A model generated the notes under the pieces. It was not told the origin of the DNA. It saw only the letters and a list, made by a program, of their open reading frames with translations, and did no database searches. Positions 20,261 to 31,900 of a stretch of DNA of 64,000 nucleotides are shown piece after piece (within the stretch, counting starts at the first letter, position 1; every line of letters begins with the position of its first letter). Position numbers and translations under genes: made by a program. Origin of the DNA: a bacterium (GTDB lineage: Bacteria; Patescibacteriota; Patescibacteriia; UBA1558; UBA10009). The stretch is taken from NCBI GenBank assembly GCA_018672055.1, contig JABHGM010000001.1, forward strand, positions 353,404 to 417,403, written 5' to 3'.

Positions 20261-21571
20261 TTATTTTATTTTTCTAATTTTAATTATAATAGGTGTTCCT
20301 AAAAAACCAAACTGAGCTCTTAATTGTTTTTCAATAAATTTAAAGTATGATTCTTTTAGATCAGATTGAATATCTTTAACTAGTTCAAAATATGGTGGAT
20401 CCATACCAATCTGTTTTAAATTGAAAAGTTTTGGTTTAGCTGTACCTTTGCCTCTGGAAGGTGGATGTTTTTTAACAACCTTTTTTAAGAATTTATTTAA
20501 AGCATTATCTGTTATTTGTCTATGTCTTTCTTGATACACTTCTAATGATAAATCTAATAATTTTCTAACTCTTTGTTTTTCTAAAGCTGAAATAAAGATA
20601 ATTGGAGCGAATGATAAGAAGGGGAAATATGAGTAGTAATAATTTACATACTTATTAATAGTTAAATCATCTTTATCTGGTATTAAATCCCATTTATTTG
20701 CTGCTATTATTAATGAAGTATTACTTTTTAATATTTCACTTGCTAGCATTTTATCTTGCCTACCTAATTTTTTAGAAGCCTCAGTCATTAAAACTGTAAT
20801 GTCTGCACGTTCTAATGATTTAATACTTTGAGCTACACTAAATTTTTCTAATTTATTTCTTATCTTACTTTTTTTTCTAACTCCTGCTGTATCTATTAAA
20901 TTAAAGTTAAAGCCTTTATGCTTAATCATAATATCTTGGCTATCACGTGTAGTGTATGGTTCAGCTGAGGTAATTACTCTGTCTTCACCTAAAATAGAAT
21001 TAATTAAAGTTGATTTACCTGTATTAGGTTTACCTAAGATAGCTACACCAATACTCTTTTCTGGTTTTTGCTTTTTAGTGTTAGCAACATTCTTAGCAAT
21101 TTCATCTAGTAGGTCACCAGTCCCTGTACCATTAAGTGCTGAGATTGGATATGGATCACCTAAGTTTAATTTATAATACTCAGCTACATTTTCTTTCATC
21201 TTTTTATTATCTGCTTTATTTACTACTAAGATAACTTTCTTTTTACTTTTTTTAAGCATAGCTGCTACTTCTTTGTCTTGAGGCATTAAACCATCTTTAG
21301 CATCAACTAAAAAAAGAATTAAATTTGCTTCCTTTTTAGCAATATCTGCTTGTCTTAAAATATCTTTTTCAATATCTTTTGGATGGACAATATCAATACC
21401 ACCAGTGTCAACTAGATCAAATCTTTTAGAATTCCAAATTATTTCTTGATAATTTCTATCCCTAGTTGTTCCAGCAATATCAGAAGTAATGGCAACACGT
21501 TTTTCTGTTAAAGTATTAAATAGTGTTGATTTACCTGTATTTGCTCTACCAATTAAAACGACTTTATGCAT
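20261..21571 (-). CDS. der: Ribosome biogenesis GTPase Der (EngA)
   Basis: Two tandem G domains (GRANTGKS, GKPNTGKS; DTGG, DTAG; NKAD, NKWD) and a KH-like C-terminus. Confidence 0.96.
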   Translation of the reverse strand: MHKVVLIGRANTGKSTLFNTLTEKRVAITSDIAGTTRDRNYQEIIWNSKRFDLVDTGGIDIVHPKDIEKDILRQADIAKKEANLILFLVDAKDGLMPQDKEVAAMLKKSKKKVILVVNKADNKKMKENVAEYYKLNLGDPYPISALNGTGTGDLLDEIAKNVANTKKQKPEKSIGVAILGKPNTGKSTLINSILGEDRVITSAEPYTTRDSQDIMIKHKGFNFNLIDTAGVRKKSKIRNKLEKFSVAQSIKSLERADITVLMTEASKKLGRQDKMLASEILKSNTSLIIAANKWDLIPDKDDLTINKYVNYYYSYFPFLSFAPIIFISALEKQRVRKLLDLSLEVYQERHRQITDNALNKFLKKVVKKHPPSRGKGTAKPKLFNLKQIGMDPPYFELVKDIQSDLKESYFKFIEKQLRAQFGFLGTPIIIKIRKIK

Positions 21572-21813
21572 ATTTTATTGTTATATTTAAATATTAATTA
21601 ATTTGATTTTATCAGTTTTTTAAGATTTTAGCTAATAAAAAACTCCTTGCTATATTTTAAACAAGGAGTGATTCTTATATATAATGATTTACCAAAATCT
21701 TGATGAAAGAATAATTATTCTCATTTTTAGATTATTCATTATATTTTTACCTATAAATGGGCTTTTTAGAGGCTTAAATAAGCTTCTATACAATTCCCTA
21801 TGACGTCTATTCA

Positions 21814-23376
21814 TTAATCCTCCAGTATTTCTTCAATTACTTCGTCTGTTGAAGTAGAAGTTTCTATTTTAGGTTCGGGTATTTTAAATTCATTAGCATG
21901 ATCTTGTCCTAGTATAATAATAATATCAGGTTGATTATTTAAAGAACTTGGTGTGGTCGTAGCATTTAAATTATATTCTTGTAAAATGTATTCAGGAACG
22001 TCTTTAGCAATGTAGGCATCTAAATCGTTTTCTAACTTCTCTAAAGTTAATTCTTTTTCTCCGTCTGTTAGATCATAGATAATTGTTTTTTGATAATCAT
22101 CAGATGGTGCATTATCATATGATATTACATTATAATTAATTTTTTCTAAATAAAGATATGTGTATAGAGCTAGACCTGTTATTTCTGTACCATTTTGTAT
22201 GGCTATCTTAGCGTTTTCATCTTTAATCTTATTTAATTCAAATATATTTTTTATTAATGATGATAGTTTATTATAATCTCCATTCCTAGGTTGTAAAACA
22301 TAAGCGCCTTCTTCGGTAATCATAGGTTCTAACAAGCTACCTGGTGAATCATCTAAAACAAATCGAGATATATTTTCATTATCAATACTTTTGGCAATTT
22401 CTGCTAATTTTAAAGCTTGCCAAACTGAGATATTGGTATCAACATGATCATCTAATAATTCAAAGATACTGGATATTTTTTTAGGGCTAGTTAAAGTTGA
22501 AAATGATAGTACCTTATCTTTAACAGCTTGGATTAATAATTGTTGTCTTCTACTTCTAGCAAAGTCTCCGCTCTCTCCATTAGTTCCATGCCTAGATCTA
22601 ACAAACATTAGAGCAGTGTTACCATCCATTAGCTGCATGCCTTGTTCAAAGGAAACAGTTTGAGTTAAAAAGTCATCAGTTGGAAATGATTCATCAACAA
22701 AACTTCTTACAACATCAATATTAATACCACCAAGATCATCAATAAATGTTTCAAAGCCAGTAAAATCTATAATACTATGATAATGTATTTTAATGCCTAA
22801 GTTTTCTTCAATGATAGCAGTTGCATCAACACCTGCTGTTTTATAATTCTCAGCGTATTCATAGGCATAGATAGAATTAATTTTTTGATAGCTATTATCT
22901 TGTAACTTTATTATTAAATCACGTGGTAATGAAATTAAAGCAATCTCTGAAGTTGATGGTTTTATACTACCAAGTATAATAGTGTCAGTTAAAAAAGGTC
23001 CTTCATGACCAACACCACCAACACCCATTAATAGAAAGTTAATTCTGTCACTACCTTCACCAGATAATTTTTTATCAGCACTACTTATTAAATTAGCCAA
23101 GTGCCTGAACGGATTAAATTTATTTAAAGGATTAGCACTAGAATCAGGTGTAGAAAAAGTTATTTCAGATAAATACATACCACCTGTTATAATCAATATT
23201 AGAGTAAGAACTAATATAATTTTTAAAATATTAAACTTAGACTCTTTGGGTTGTTCTAATACTTGGGTTTCAACAGATTTTTTAGCCAATGGTTTAGGTA
23301 CTAAAAAATCAACCCTATCACTAGGCCTATTTCTAATTACTTTTGATCTTTTATGTATACCGTCAAGTGAACCCAT
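21814..23376 (-). CDS. LCP (LytR/CpsA/Psr) family protein with LytR_C domain
   Basis: TM helix, LTDTIIL, SLPRDL, KINSIY, FVRSRH, DFARSRRQQ, IAIQNGT..GLA. Confidence 0.92.
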   Translation of the reverse strand: MGSLDGIHKRSKVIRNRPSDRVDFLVPKPLAKKSVETQVLEQPKESKFNILKIILVLTLILIITGGMYLSEITFSTPDSSANPLNKFNPFRHLANLISSADKKLSGEGSDRINFLLMGVGGVGHEGPFLTDTIILGSIKPSTSEIALISLPRDLIIKLQDNSYQKINSIYAYEYAENYKTAGVDATAIIEENLGIKIHYHSIIDFTGFETFIDDLGGINIDVVRSFVDESFPTDDFLTQTVSFEQGMQLMDGNTALMFVRSRHGTNGESGDFARSRRQQLLIQAVKDKVLSFSTLTSPKKISSIFELLDDHVDTNISVWQALKLAEIAKSIDNENISRFVLDDSPGSLLEPMITEEGAYVLQPRNGDYNKLSSLIKNIFELNKIKDENAKIAIQNGTEITGLALYTYLYLEKINYNVISYDNAPSDDYQKTIIYDLTDGEKELTLEKLENDLDAYIAKDVPEYILQEYNLNATTTPSSLNNQPDIIIILGQDHANEFKIPEPKIETSTSTDEVIEEILED

Positions 23377-23451
23377 AAAACAGATGAATTATAGTAAGAA
23401 ATGGAGTCTTGGTCAATACTTTTAAATAGTGATATACTAGCATTTTAAAGA

Positions 23452-23528
23452 GGACGCGTAGCTCAGCTGGTTAGAGCGCTTGATTCACATTCAAGAGGTC
23501 AGTGGTTCAAATCCTCTCGTGTCCACCA
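23452..23528 (+). tRNA. tRNA-Val (CAC)
   Basis: GGACGCG acceptor, CTTGA-TTCACAT-TCAAG anticodon arm, encoded CCA. Confidence 0.93.
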
Positions 23529-23584
23529 TTTTTGAAATAAAAAACCCCTACTATTAAAGTGGGGGTTAAAGAAGTTTGTTTACT

Positions 23585-23917
23585 TCAAGCAGATTGAGAC
23601 CCATTCATTTTTTTTATCTTACGATTTCGTCGGTGAAGAATATAGACTTCTATAAGCATAACTATTAATATTACTGGCATAAAAACTACAAATACTCTAT
23701 GATTGAATATTTGACTTAATGGCCAACCAGCCGCTAAAACTCCAGATAAGCCTGAAAGTAAGCCTGCAATTAGCCCTCCAAACAAACTAATTGGTATTGC
23801 CACAAATAAAGGCGTTTTCGTATTATTATCAAGTTTTACAAACCATTTATGATCATAAAGTTTTTCAAGACATTTTTCAAGCCATTCTAAGACATGAAAT
23901 ACATATTTTTTTAACAT
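23585..23917 (-). CDS. Hypothetical membrane protein next to the tRNA-Val 3' end
   Basis: 2-3 TM helices; start MLKK after AAAGGA RBS; own TTGACA box. Confidence 0.6.
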   Translation of the reverse strand: MLKKYVFHVLEWLEKCLEKLYDHKWFVKLDNNTKTPLFVAIPISLFGGLIAGLLSGLSGVLAAGWPLSQIFNHRVFVVFMPVILIVMLIEVYILHRRNRKIKKMNGSQSA

Positions 23918-24005
23918 TGTTTTTCCTTTCATTGTATTTAAAGAACTAATTGATATAATTACTTTATCTTATTGAATAAGCTGTGTCAATTTAACATATA
24001 AATAT

Positions 24006-24473
24006 ATGTCTAAAATAACTAATCTAACTTACATTTTAAATGATAATAATGAAGTGCTTTTAATTAAGGTAATGAGAGGTGTAAGTAAAGGCTATTGGAA
24101 CGCGCCAGGTGGTAAGTTAGAGGATAATGAAACAATTGAAGAATCAGCAATTAGAGAGACAGAAGAAGAAATAGGAATAAAAGTATTTAATTTAAAGCCA
24201 ATGGGTATTATTGAATTTGTAGCTCCAGAAAAAAAAGATAATGAAAGTAAATGCTATATCTTTACCACTACTAAATATGAAGGTGAGCCCAAGCCTTCTG
24301 ATGAAGGCATTCCTAAATGGTTTAAAATAGATGAAATACCATATGACAAGATGTGGGAAGATGACAGAGATTGGTTGCCTGAAGTGCTTGAAAAAGGTAA
24401 GGCAGTATATAAAAGATATCATTTAGATAAAGATGATAAGGTAGTGAAAGTAGAGGACTTGAAATTAAGTTAA
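24006..24473 (+). CDS. NUDIX hydrolase (MutT/MTH1-like 8-oxo-dGTPase)
   Basis: GGKLEDNETIEESAIRETEEEIG Nudix box; IPYDKMWEDDRDWLP. Confidence 0.92.
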   Translation: MSKITNLTYILNDNNEVLLIKVMRGVSKGYWNAPGGKLEDNETIEESAIRETEEEIGIKVFNLKPMGIIEFVAPEKKDNESKCYIFTTTKYEGEPKPSDEGIPKWFKIDEIPYDKMWEDDRDWLPEVLEKGKAVYKRYHLDKDDKVVKVEDLKLS

Positions 24474-24524
24474 ATTTGTGATAATATAGAGTAAATTTTG
24501 CTAAAAATAAACAAAAAACTTAAC

Positions 24525-25136
24525 ATGGAAGAATCATTAAATAATTTACCTCCTGCTCCTAATCAACCATCTTACGCACAAAAGATTGGTGAATTTGTTT
24601 GGGAAATAGTTAAGATAGTAGTTATAGCTTTAGTTATAATTGTGCCTGTTAGAATGTATATTATTCAACCTTTTATTGTTGAAGGCGCTTCTATGGAACC
24701 TAACTTTTATGATGGTCAATATTTAATTGTTGATGAATTAAGTTATTTACTAGGTACTCCTAAAAGAGGTGAAGTTGTAATTTTTCATCCACCCAGTGAT
24801 AAAGATGTTTATTATATAAAAAGAGTTATTGGTTTACCTGGTGAAAGAGTTTTGATTGAAAATGGTTCTATATATATATTTAATAATTCAAAGCCAACAG
24901 GTACTAGGCTTAATGAAGAAGAATATAGTTTAGATCATAAAATTGTTAAAAGTGAAAAAGATGATTTAACTCTAAAAGATGATGAGTATTATTTAATTGG
25001 TGATAATAGAACAAATAGTTTGGATTCAAGAAGAATTGGTCCAATTAAAATAGATTTTATAAAAGGCCGTGCTTGGGTAAGAGCTTTCCCATTTGATGAC
25101 TTTTCTATATTTAAAGCTCCTAACTACAATTTTTAA
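24525..25136 (+). CDS. lepB: Signal peptidase I
   Basis: GASMEP catalytic Ser, YIKRVIGLPG catalytic Lys, GDNRTNSLDSR; ATG start at 24525. Confidence 0.96.
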   Translation: MEESLNNLPPAPNQPSYAQKIGEFVWEIVKIVVIALVIIVPVRMYIIQPFIVEGASMEPNFYDGQYLIVDELSYLLGTPKRGEVVIFHPPSDKDVYYIKRVIGLPGERVLIENGSIYIFNNSKPTGTRLNEEEYSLDHKIVKSEKDDLTLKDDEYYLIGDNRTNSLDSRRIGPIKIDFIKGRAWVRAFPFDDFSIFKAPNYNF

Positions 25137-25137
25137 T

Positions 25138-26466
25138 ATGGGTAAAACTAAAAATTTTCAAACAGTTAAAGGCATGAAGGATATATTGCCTGATGAACAA
25201 AAATATTGGAAGTATATTTATGGCTTAGTTGATAACCTAGCTCGTGAATATGGTTTTTCTAGAATTGATTTACCTCTAGTTGAAGATACTTCACTTTATT
25301 CAAGATCAGTTGGTACATCTTCAGAAATAGTTGAAAAAGAAATGTATTCATTTACTGATAAAGGTGATTCTAATATTTCTATGAGACCTGAATTTACTGC
25401 TGGTATTGTTCGTTCATATATAGAGCATGGCATGTTAGATAAGCCTCAGCCTTTAAAGCTATATACTACTGGTCCATGTTTTAGATATGATAGACCTCAA
25501 TCAGGCAGATATAGACAATTTCATCAAATTAATTTTGAAATAATTGGTGAAGCTGATCCTATAACTGATGCTCAAATAATTCAAATTGCTTTTAAAATAA
25601 ATCAATTAGTTGGTCTTGATGTAGTTATGCAAGTAAATAGTATTGGCTGTAAAGACTGTCGTCCAGATTATGAAAAAGTATTAAAAGATTATTTAAAAAA
25701 ACACAGATCTAAGTTAAGTGAAATATCTAAAAAAAGATTTATTAAAAATCCTCTTAGAATTTTAGATTCAAAAGAAAAAGAAGATCAAGAAGTTATTGAT
25801 AATGCACCTCAGCAAGTTGATCACTTATGTGATGGTTGTAAGAATCATTTTATACAAGTTTTAGAGTATTTAGATGAAATAGAAGTTCCTTATGCTTTAA
25901 ATCCTAGAATTGTTAGAGGTTTAGATTATTATAGTAGAACTACTTTTGAAATAACACCTGCTAGTGATGAAGAACAAGGCAGACAAAGTGCTTTAGGTGG
26001 TGGCGGTAGATATGATGATTTGGTTGAATTAATTGGTGGACGTCCTGATACCCCTGCTGTTGGCTTTGCTTCTGGTATTGAAAGATTAATTTTACAAATA
26101 AAGAGTAAAGATTTAAAAGTACCATCAGATCCAGAGGTTGATGTATTTTTAGCACAGCTTGGAATTGAAGCTAGAAAAAAAGCTTTAGTACTATTTGAAG
26201 AATTAAAAGATGCAGGCTTTAATATACGTGAAGGATTTTCAAAAAAAGGTTTAAAGAATCAATTAGAGTTAGCTGATAAGCTGAATGCTAAATTAAGTTT
26301 AATTCTTGGTCAAAAAGAAATACTGGATGGTACTATTATGGTTAGAGACATGGAAGGTGGCATTCAAGAAGTAATTGATTACAAGAAGATAATCCCTGAA
26401 CTTGAAAAACGATTAAAGAAAGTTGAAACTATAGTAGTTAATGATAAAATTAAAGAAGAAAAATAA
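25138..26466 (+). CDS. hisS: Histidine--tRNA ligase
   Basis: KGMKDILP, RPEFTAG, FRYDRPQSGRYRQFHQ, VRGLDYY, GGGRYD; start moved to ATG 25138. Confidence 0.98.
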   Translation: MGKTKNFQTVKGMKDILPDEQKYWKYIYGLVDNLAREYGFSRIDLPLVEDTSLYSRSVGTSSEIVEKEMYSFTDKGDSNISMRPEFTAGIVRSYIEHGMLDKPQPLKLYTTGPCFRYDRPQSGRYRQFHQINFEIIGEADPITDAQIIQIAFKINQLVGLDVVMQVNSIGCKDCRPDYEKVLKDYLKKHRSKLSEISKKRFIKNPLRILDSKEKEDQEVIDNAPQQVDHLCDGCKNHFIQVLEYLDEIEVPYALNPRIVRGLDYYSRTTFEITPASDEEQGRQSALGGGGRYDDLVELIGGRPDTPAVGFASGIERLILQIKSKDLKVPSDPEVDVFLAQLGIEARKKALVLFEELKDAGFNIREGFSKKGLKNQLELADKLNAKLSLILGQKEILDGTIMVRDMEGGIQEVIDYKKIIPELEKRLKKVETIVVNDKIKEEK

Positions 26467-26613
26467 TCGATATATAATAAAATATCCTCAAATAATATGG
26501 GGATTTTTTATTTGACTTATGATAATAATTATGTTATCACTATAGTTAGAATTAATCGATTAATTAATCGAAATTCTTAAATAATAAATCTTATATGAAA
26601 GGTAGGTGAAGAC

Positions 26614-26871
26614 GTGTTAGAAGTAAAAAGAAAAGATAATGAAAGTTTTGAATCACTTGTTAGAAGATTTTCTAAAAAGTTGATGCAAAGCGGCAGAGTT
26701 ATCCAAGCTAAAAAAATTAGATATCATACAAAACCATTAAATAAGAGAGCCCAGAAATTAAAGGCTCTAAGACGTGAAGAAATTAATGATAAGAGAGAAT
26801 ATTTACGTAAAATTGGTAAATTGGATGAATATTTAGAAAATAAAAAAAGAATTGTTGTTAAAAAAAGATAA
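26614..26871 (+). CDS. rpsU: 30S ribosomal protein S21 (C-terminally extended)
   Basis: EVKRKDNESFESLVRRFSK; GTG start; followed by a YqeY gene, the conserved rpsU-yqeY order. Confidence 0.88.
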   Translation: MLEVKRKDNESFESLVRRFSKKLMQSGRVIQAKKIRYHTKPLNKRAQKLKALRREEINDKREYLRKIGKLDEYLENKKRIVVKKR

Positions 26872-26873
26872 CT

Positions 26874-27323
26874 ATGTTAGATATTGAAAAAAGAATAGAT
26901 GCTAATTTAATTAAAGCCTTAAAAGCTAAAGAAAGCGATATAGTAGATACCTTAAGATTAGTTAAAACAGCATTAAAGAATGAGCAAATTGCTAAGAAAG
27001 AAGAATTGAATGAGTCAGATATTTTAAAAGTATTGAAAAAGGAAGCAAAAAAGCGCAAAGAAGCTAGTATTGCATTTGAAAAAGGCAATAGGCCTCAATT
27101 AAAGGAAAAAGAAGATACTGAACTCAAAATTATTTTAGAATACTTACCCGAAGAAATATCAGATGAGGAATTGAACAAATTAGTAGATGAAGTATTAAGT
27201 AATCATCAAGAAGCTTCAATGCAAGATTTTGGCACTATTATGAAAGAAGTAATGGCTAAAACAGATAATCAAGTTGATGGATCCAGGGTAAGTGGATTAG
27301 TAAAAGGGAAATTAAGTTCATAA
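26874..27323 (+). CDS. GatB/YqeY domain protein
   Basis: LRLVKTALKNEQI, KKRKEA, EYLPEE, DFGTIMKEVM, DG..VS. Confidence 0.92.
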   Translation: MLDIEKRIDANLIKALKAKESDIVDTLRLVKTALKNEQIAKKEELNESDILKVLKKEAKKRKEASIAFEKGNRPQLKEKEDTELKIILEYLPEEISDEELNKLVDEVLSNHQEASMQDFGTIMKEVMAKTDNQVDGSRVSGLVKGKLSS

Positions 27324-27341
27324 ATTATTTAGAACTCGCCC

Positions 27342-28934
27342 ATGCTTTTAAGTCAAAAAACAAAAATTACAAAAACAGCTACAATAGCCTTAGTTTTAGT
27401 CTTTGCGGTAGCTGTTTTTATGTTACTTACAACCATTGCTTTCGCTCAAGATGATTTTGGTTTAGAACCGGTTGTAGAATCAGGTTTAGGTACTACGGAC
27501 ATTAGATTAGTTATTATTAATATTATAAGGGTAGCTTTAGGTTTCTTAGGGATTTTAGCTGTTATCATAATATTATATGGTGGCTATGTTTGGATGACAT
27601 CTGCTGGTAATGATGAAAATGTTAACAAAGCTAAAAGAATATTGGTTAATGGCGTAATTGGTTTAGTAATAATATTATCATCTTACGCTATTGTAACTTT
27701 TGTTTTTAATAAGATGGAAGATGTTATATTTGGAGATGGTTCAGAACAAGGTAGTGGTTATCAGAATTCTGATATTTCTGCAGGAGCTTTGGGTGGCGGG
27801 GTTATAGAAAGCGTTTATCCTTTACCTGGTGCTAATAATGTACCACGTAATACTTTAATAATGGTTTCATTTAAAGAAGAAATACTTTTAGATAGTATTA
27901 TAACTGGTACTCATGCTAATTGTCCTGAGAATATATCATGTGGTATTTTAGCCGGTGATTCCGAAGATCCAAATGTTAAGATACTAAATTTAAATGACAA
28001 CTCCATAATGTCGGCTAGTGATGTCATGGTTTATACTACTGATTTAAAAAATTATATCTTTGATCCATATGGTAGTACAGGTTCACATTTAGGTAACCCT
28101 AATGGCTATACTGATTATCAAGTTAATCTCTCAACTAATATATATTTTAATAATGATTTAAATACTCCAGTCTTTTCTTTAGATGGCTATACTTGGAATT
28201 TTGAAATAAGTAATATTATAGATTTAACACCACCGACAATTATTTCACGTATACCTCAAGGTGAGGTTAACAGGAATGTAGTTATTCAAATAGTATTTAG
28301 TGAAGCTATTAATGCTGCTGCTGCTGTTAATTTAAATAGCGTTGATGTTTTATATGAAAATGTAGCAGGTGAAGAAATATTAATAGAAGGAAGTAGAGTA
28401 ATAAGTAATGGTTTTACAACTCTAACTATTGTTTCTGATATAGCGTGTGAAGGACCTTCAGAGTTTAATTCATGTGGTGATCCAGTCTATTGTTTTCCAG
28501 GTGATGAAGATATTTCTGTAACAGTTAAAGCTGTGACTGATCCTTTATTTCCTTTAGCTGGTATTTCTGATACAGCTGGTAATTCTTTAGCTTTAGACAA
28601 TTCTTGGCTTTTTAATACAAATAATGAATTAGATTTAGATCCTCCTGAATTAGAATCTATTGATCCAGTAGATAATGCTGAACTGGTACCACGTAATAAG
28701 GTGATAGAGGCAGTATTTAATGAAGATCTATTAGCTAGCAGTGTAAATAGTACTAATGTTTTAATATATAATGGTTCATTAAATGATACTCCATATACTG
28801 TTAATTTAAATAATCATGATTTGATTAGAATTAACGCTACTATGGTAGGTAATGCTACATATAGTACACGTTTAACTTCAGGCATTAAAGATATTTATCA
28901 AAATTGTTTTATTCCTCCTTTAACTAATCCATAA
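27342..28934 (+). CDS. VirB2/TrbC-like pilin domain fused to bacterial Ig-like domains
   Basis: Signal ending AFA; ALGFLGILAVIIILYGG.WMTSAGN...AKRILVNGVIGLVIILSSYAI; repeated P..ga.nVPRN..I...F.E Ig-like units. Confidence 0.75.
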   Translation: MLLSQKTKITKTATIALVLVFAVAVFMLLTTIAFAQDDFGLEPVVESGLGTTDIRLVIINIIRVALGFLGILAVIIILYGGYVWMTSAGNDENVNKAKRILVNGVIGLVIILSSYAIVTFVFNKMEDVIFGDGSEQGSGYQNSDISAGALGGGVIESVYPLPGANNVPRNTLIMVSFKEEILLDSIITGTHANCPENISCGILAGDSEDPNVKILNLNDNSIMSASDVMVYTTDLKNYIFDPYGSTGSHLGNPNGYTDYQVNLSTNIYFNNDLNTPVFSLDGYTWNFEISNIIDLTPPTIISRIPQGEVNRNVVIQIVFSEAINAAAAVNLNSVDVLYENVAGEEILIEGSRVISNGFTTLTIVSDIACEGPSEFNSCGDPVYCFPGDEDISVTVKAVTDPLFPLAGISDTAGNSLALDNSWLFNTNNELDLDPPELESIDPVDNAELVPRNKVIEAVFNEDLLASSVNSTNVLIYNGSLNDTPYTVNLNNHDLIRINATMVGNATYSTRLTSGIKDIYQNCFIPPLTNP

Positions 28935-31900
28935 TGAGATTTATTAAAAACAATTTATTCATTTTAATATTACTTGTTGTAGTTAGTTTTTTTCTAATAC
29001 CTAATCTTTCATTTGCTCAAACTGATTTAGGTTTAGAACCGGTTGCAGAAACAGGTTTAGGTTCTAGTAGTTTACCAGAGCTAATTGTTAGAATAATTCA
29101 AATAGCTTTAGGCTTTCTTGGTATCTTAGCCTTAATAGTTATACTTTATGGAGGCTATACATGGTTATCATCTGGTGGTAATCAAGATAAGGTGGCTGAT
29201 GCTAAAAAAATACTTGTTAACGGTGTAATTGGTTTAGTAATAATATTATCTGCATTTAGTATTGTTACTTTTTTAATTACTAGAATATTTGATGCTACAG
29301 GTGGTGAAGCTTTGTATTGCGAAATAGGTCAAGTTGAAGAATGTTCTATGTCAGGTGATTGTGAAAGAGAGAAAACTTGTATTGATAATGGTGAAGGTAA
29401 TGGTGTCTGGGGAGATTGCGAAATAATTTACTCAGGTGAATGTAGTCCACTTAGTGATAGTGAATTTTTTAGACTAACAGCAACTGCTCCAGCTAATGGG
29501 GATGAACTAAATATTGCTAATGTTGTGGTTCAATTAACTTTTAATAATAATGTAGGTGATTTTAATGCCATAGATTTATCAGAAGGAGAAGGTGTAACTA
29601 TAGTTCAACGTTCAACTAATAATTTAGTACCTTTAGTAGGCGAAGTTTCAAATAATCCAAAAAAATTAAATATATATCCTGATAAAGATCAAGCTGGTTA
29701 TGCTTGTACTGGACATCCAGATCTTGCTTGTTTTCCATATGATTCAATTGATGATTTAAATAATTGGTATACAGTTACTGTTTTAACTGAGGGCGTTGTT
29801 TTAACTAATTCTTCTGGAACTGAAGTTTCTTGTTTAGATATACCTTGCGTATTTGAATTTAAAACAGGGTTTTCTGTAGATACAGAAAACCCTGTTGTAG
29901 ATTTAATTTCAGCTGTAAGTAATGGTCAGTTTGATTGGAATAATTCAGATAATATAGATATAAATATTTCTGAAAGCTTTTTATTTAATAGTCAGGCTTC
30001 TGATGACGCTGGTTTAGCTAGTTCTAATTTTTTTGAAAATCAAATTACTTTATCATCTACTCCTGATCTTGGACAAGGCTTGTTCTTATCACTTATTCCG
30101 TGGTCTCCTGAAGATTTAGGTTACCAAGTATCAGATGTAAAGCAGGTTGGGGCTGAAGTAACTGATTATGCTGGTAATTCAACTCAATCGATTAAACAAG
30201 TAACTCTTTTTTCAGCCACTTGTTATAACGAGATACAAGATGGAGATGAAATAGGTATAGATTGTGGTGGCTCATGTCCAGCGTGTAGTGATGAAAATGT
30301 AGATAATCCAATAATAACTTCTATTGATCCACCTAATGGTGCTTCAGGAAATTGGATAACCATTTATGGTTCAGGTTTTGGTGAGAGTCAAGGTACTATT
30401 AAATACAGGGATCAACTAGGAAATATTAATTATATTGGTGTACCTTCTTTAGGTATGTTGGTATGCGAAAGTCCATGGAATGATACTTGGATAATTATGG
30501 AAATACCAGATATTGATCTTGGTTTGGTTGATTTACAGGTGGTTAGGTTTAATTCTAGTATTAGTAGTAATTGGTATGAAGATTTTGATGTAAATACTAT
30601 TCAAAGACCTGGTATTTGTTTAATGACTTCAGATGATGGATATTATAATGATGAATTAAATATTATTGGTCATAGTTTTGGTGATAACACTGATGTACGT
30701 GATATATTTTTTGGACAATCAGTGGAAAGGGTATCAGCTTCAAATCAAAGCTTCAGTATTGAGGGAAGCATAGAACATGCTTATGGTAATGTACCTTATT
30801 TAGAAAGTGGCCAGACAGTAGTTAGGGTTGAAATAGATGGTGAAGAAAGTAATGGACTATATTTTACAGTAATAGATTCTAACCAAGAAAGTTCAATAAG
30901 TTTTTCACCAGATTCAGGTAATGTAGGTGAATACATTACTATTTATGGTTCAGGTTTTGGTGATTTCAAAGGTGAAGGAACTGTATATTTTAATAATAAT
31001 ATTGAAGGTAGTTTTGATTTTCCAGATGCTTGTGGCACTAACTATTGGTCTGACGATCAAATCGTGGTTAAAGTACCTGTCGGATCAAGTGATGGAGCAT
31101 TAAGAGTAGAAACAGATAGTGGTTACGTTGTTACTTCATCAACATTTTTTGATTTTAATAATACATTAGATATTTCTCCTGGAATTTGTAGTATTACTCC
31201 TAATTCAGGTTTAATAGATACGCCTGTATATATTGCTGGTGAGTTTTCTGAAGATGTTTTAGTTAATTTTTCTGGGATTGAACTATCTGATGTTGATATT
31301 GATAATAATGAAATAACCATCTTAGTTCCGAATGTTTCTTCAGGCTTAGTAAATTTAGAAGAACCAACTGGCGCTGAAAGTAATAGTGTTAATTTTTCAG
31401 TTGGTCAGACTTCTCAAGGCGGAGAACCTAATGATGATTATTTTGAATGGCAGTTTACAACTTGTGAAGATTGTTTAATTCCTGAAGTTGAGGAAAATGG
31501 TATATGTTCAAATGGTGATTTAGCTTCACCAAGCCCAAGACCATATAGTACTGATGGTTTTATTGATCAAGATGTTACCATAACTTTTAATAGTACTATG
31601 GACCATAGTACATTTATTGCTAATGATTCTGTTATTTTAGAAGTATGTGATGGTTTAGAAGTTAATTGTACTTCTAGTAATTGGTCATTTGTATTAGGTG
31701 ATAATAGAAATTCTGTAGTATTAAATCCAGATAATGATTTTAATGCTGATACTTGGTATAGGATAACTTTAACTGAAGATATTGCTAATTTTGAATATAA
31801 TATGGATGCAGAATATTCTTGGTCATTTAAAACAGCTCAAGAAAATTTACAATGTACTGCTGACTCAGTTATTATTTCTCCTTATGATAGAAGAGAAGGA

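Noticed and set aside
23452-23990. Integrative element at tRNA-Val
   Set aside because: Only one small orphan gene follows; no integrase and no duplicated tRNA 3' end found
26513-26545. dif-like site (ataa...ttatgtta)
   Set aside because: The central spacer is too short; the sequence fits the rpsU promoter region (TTGACT box) better
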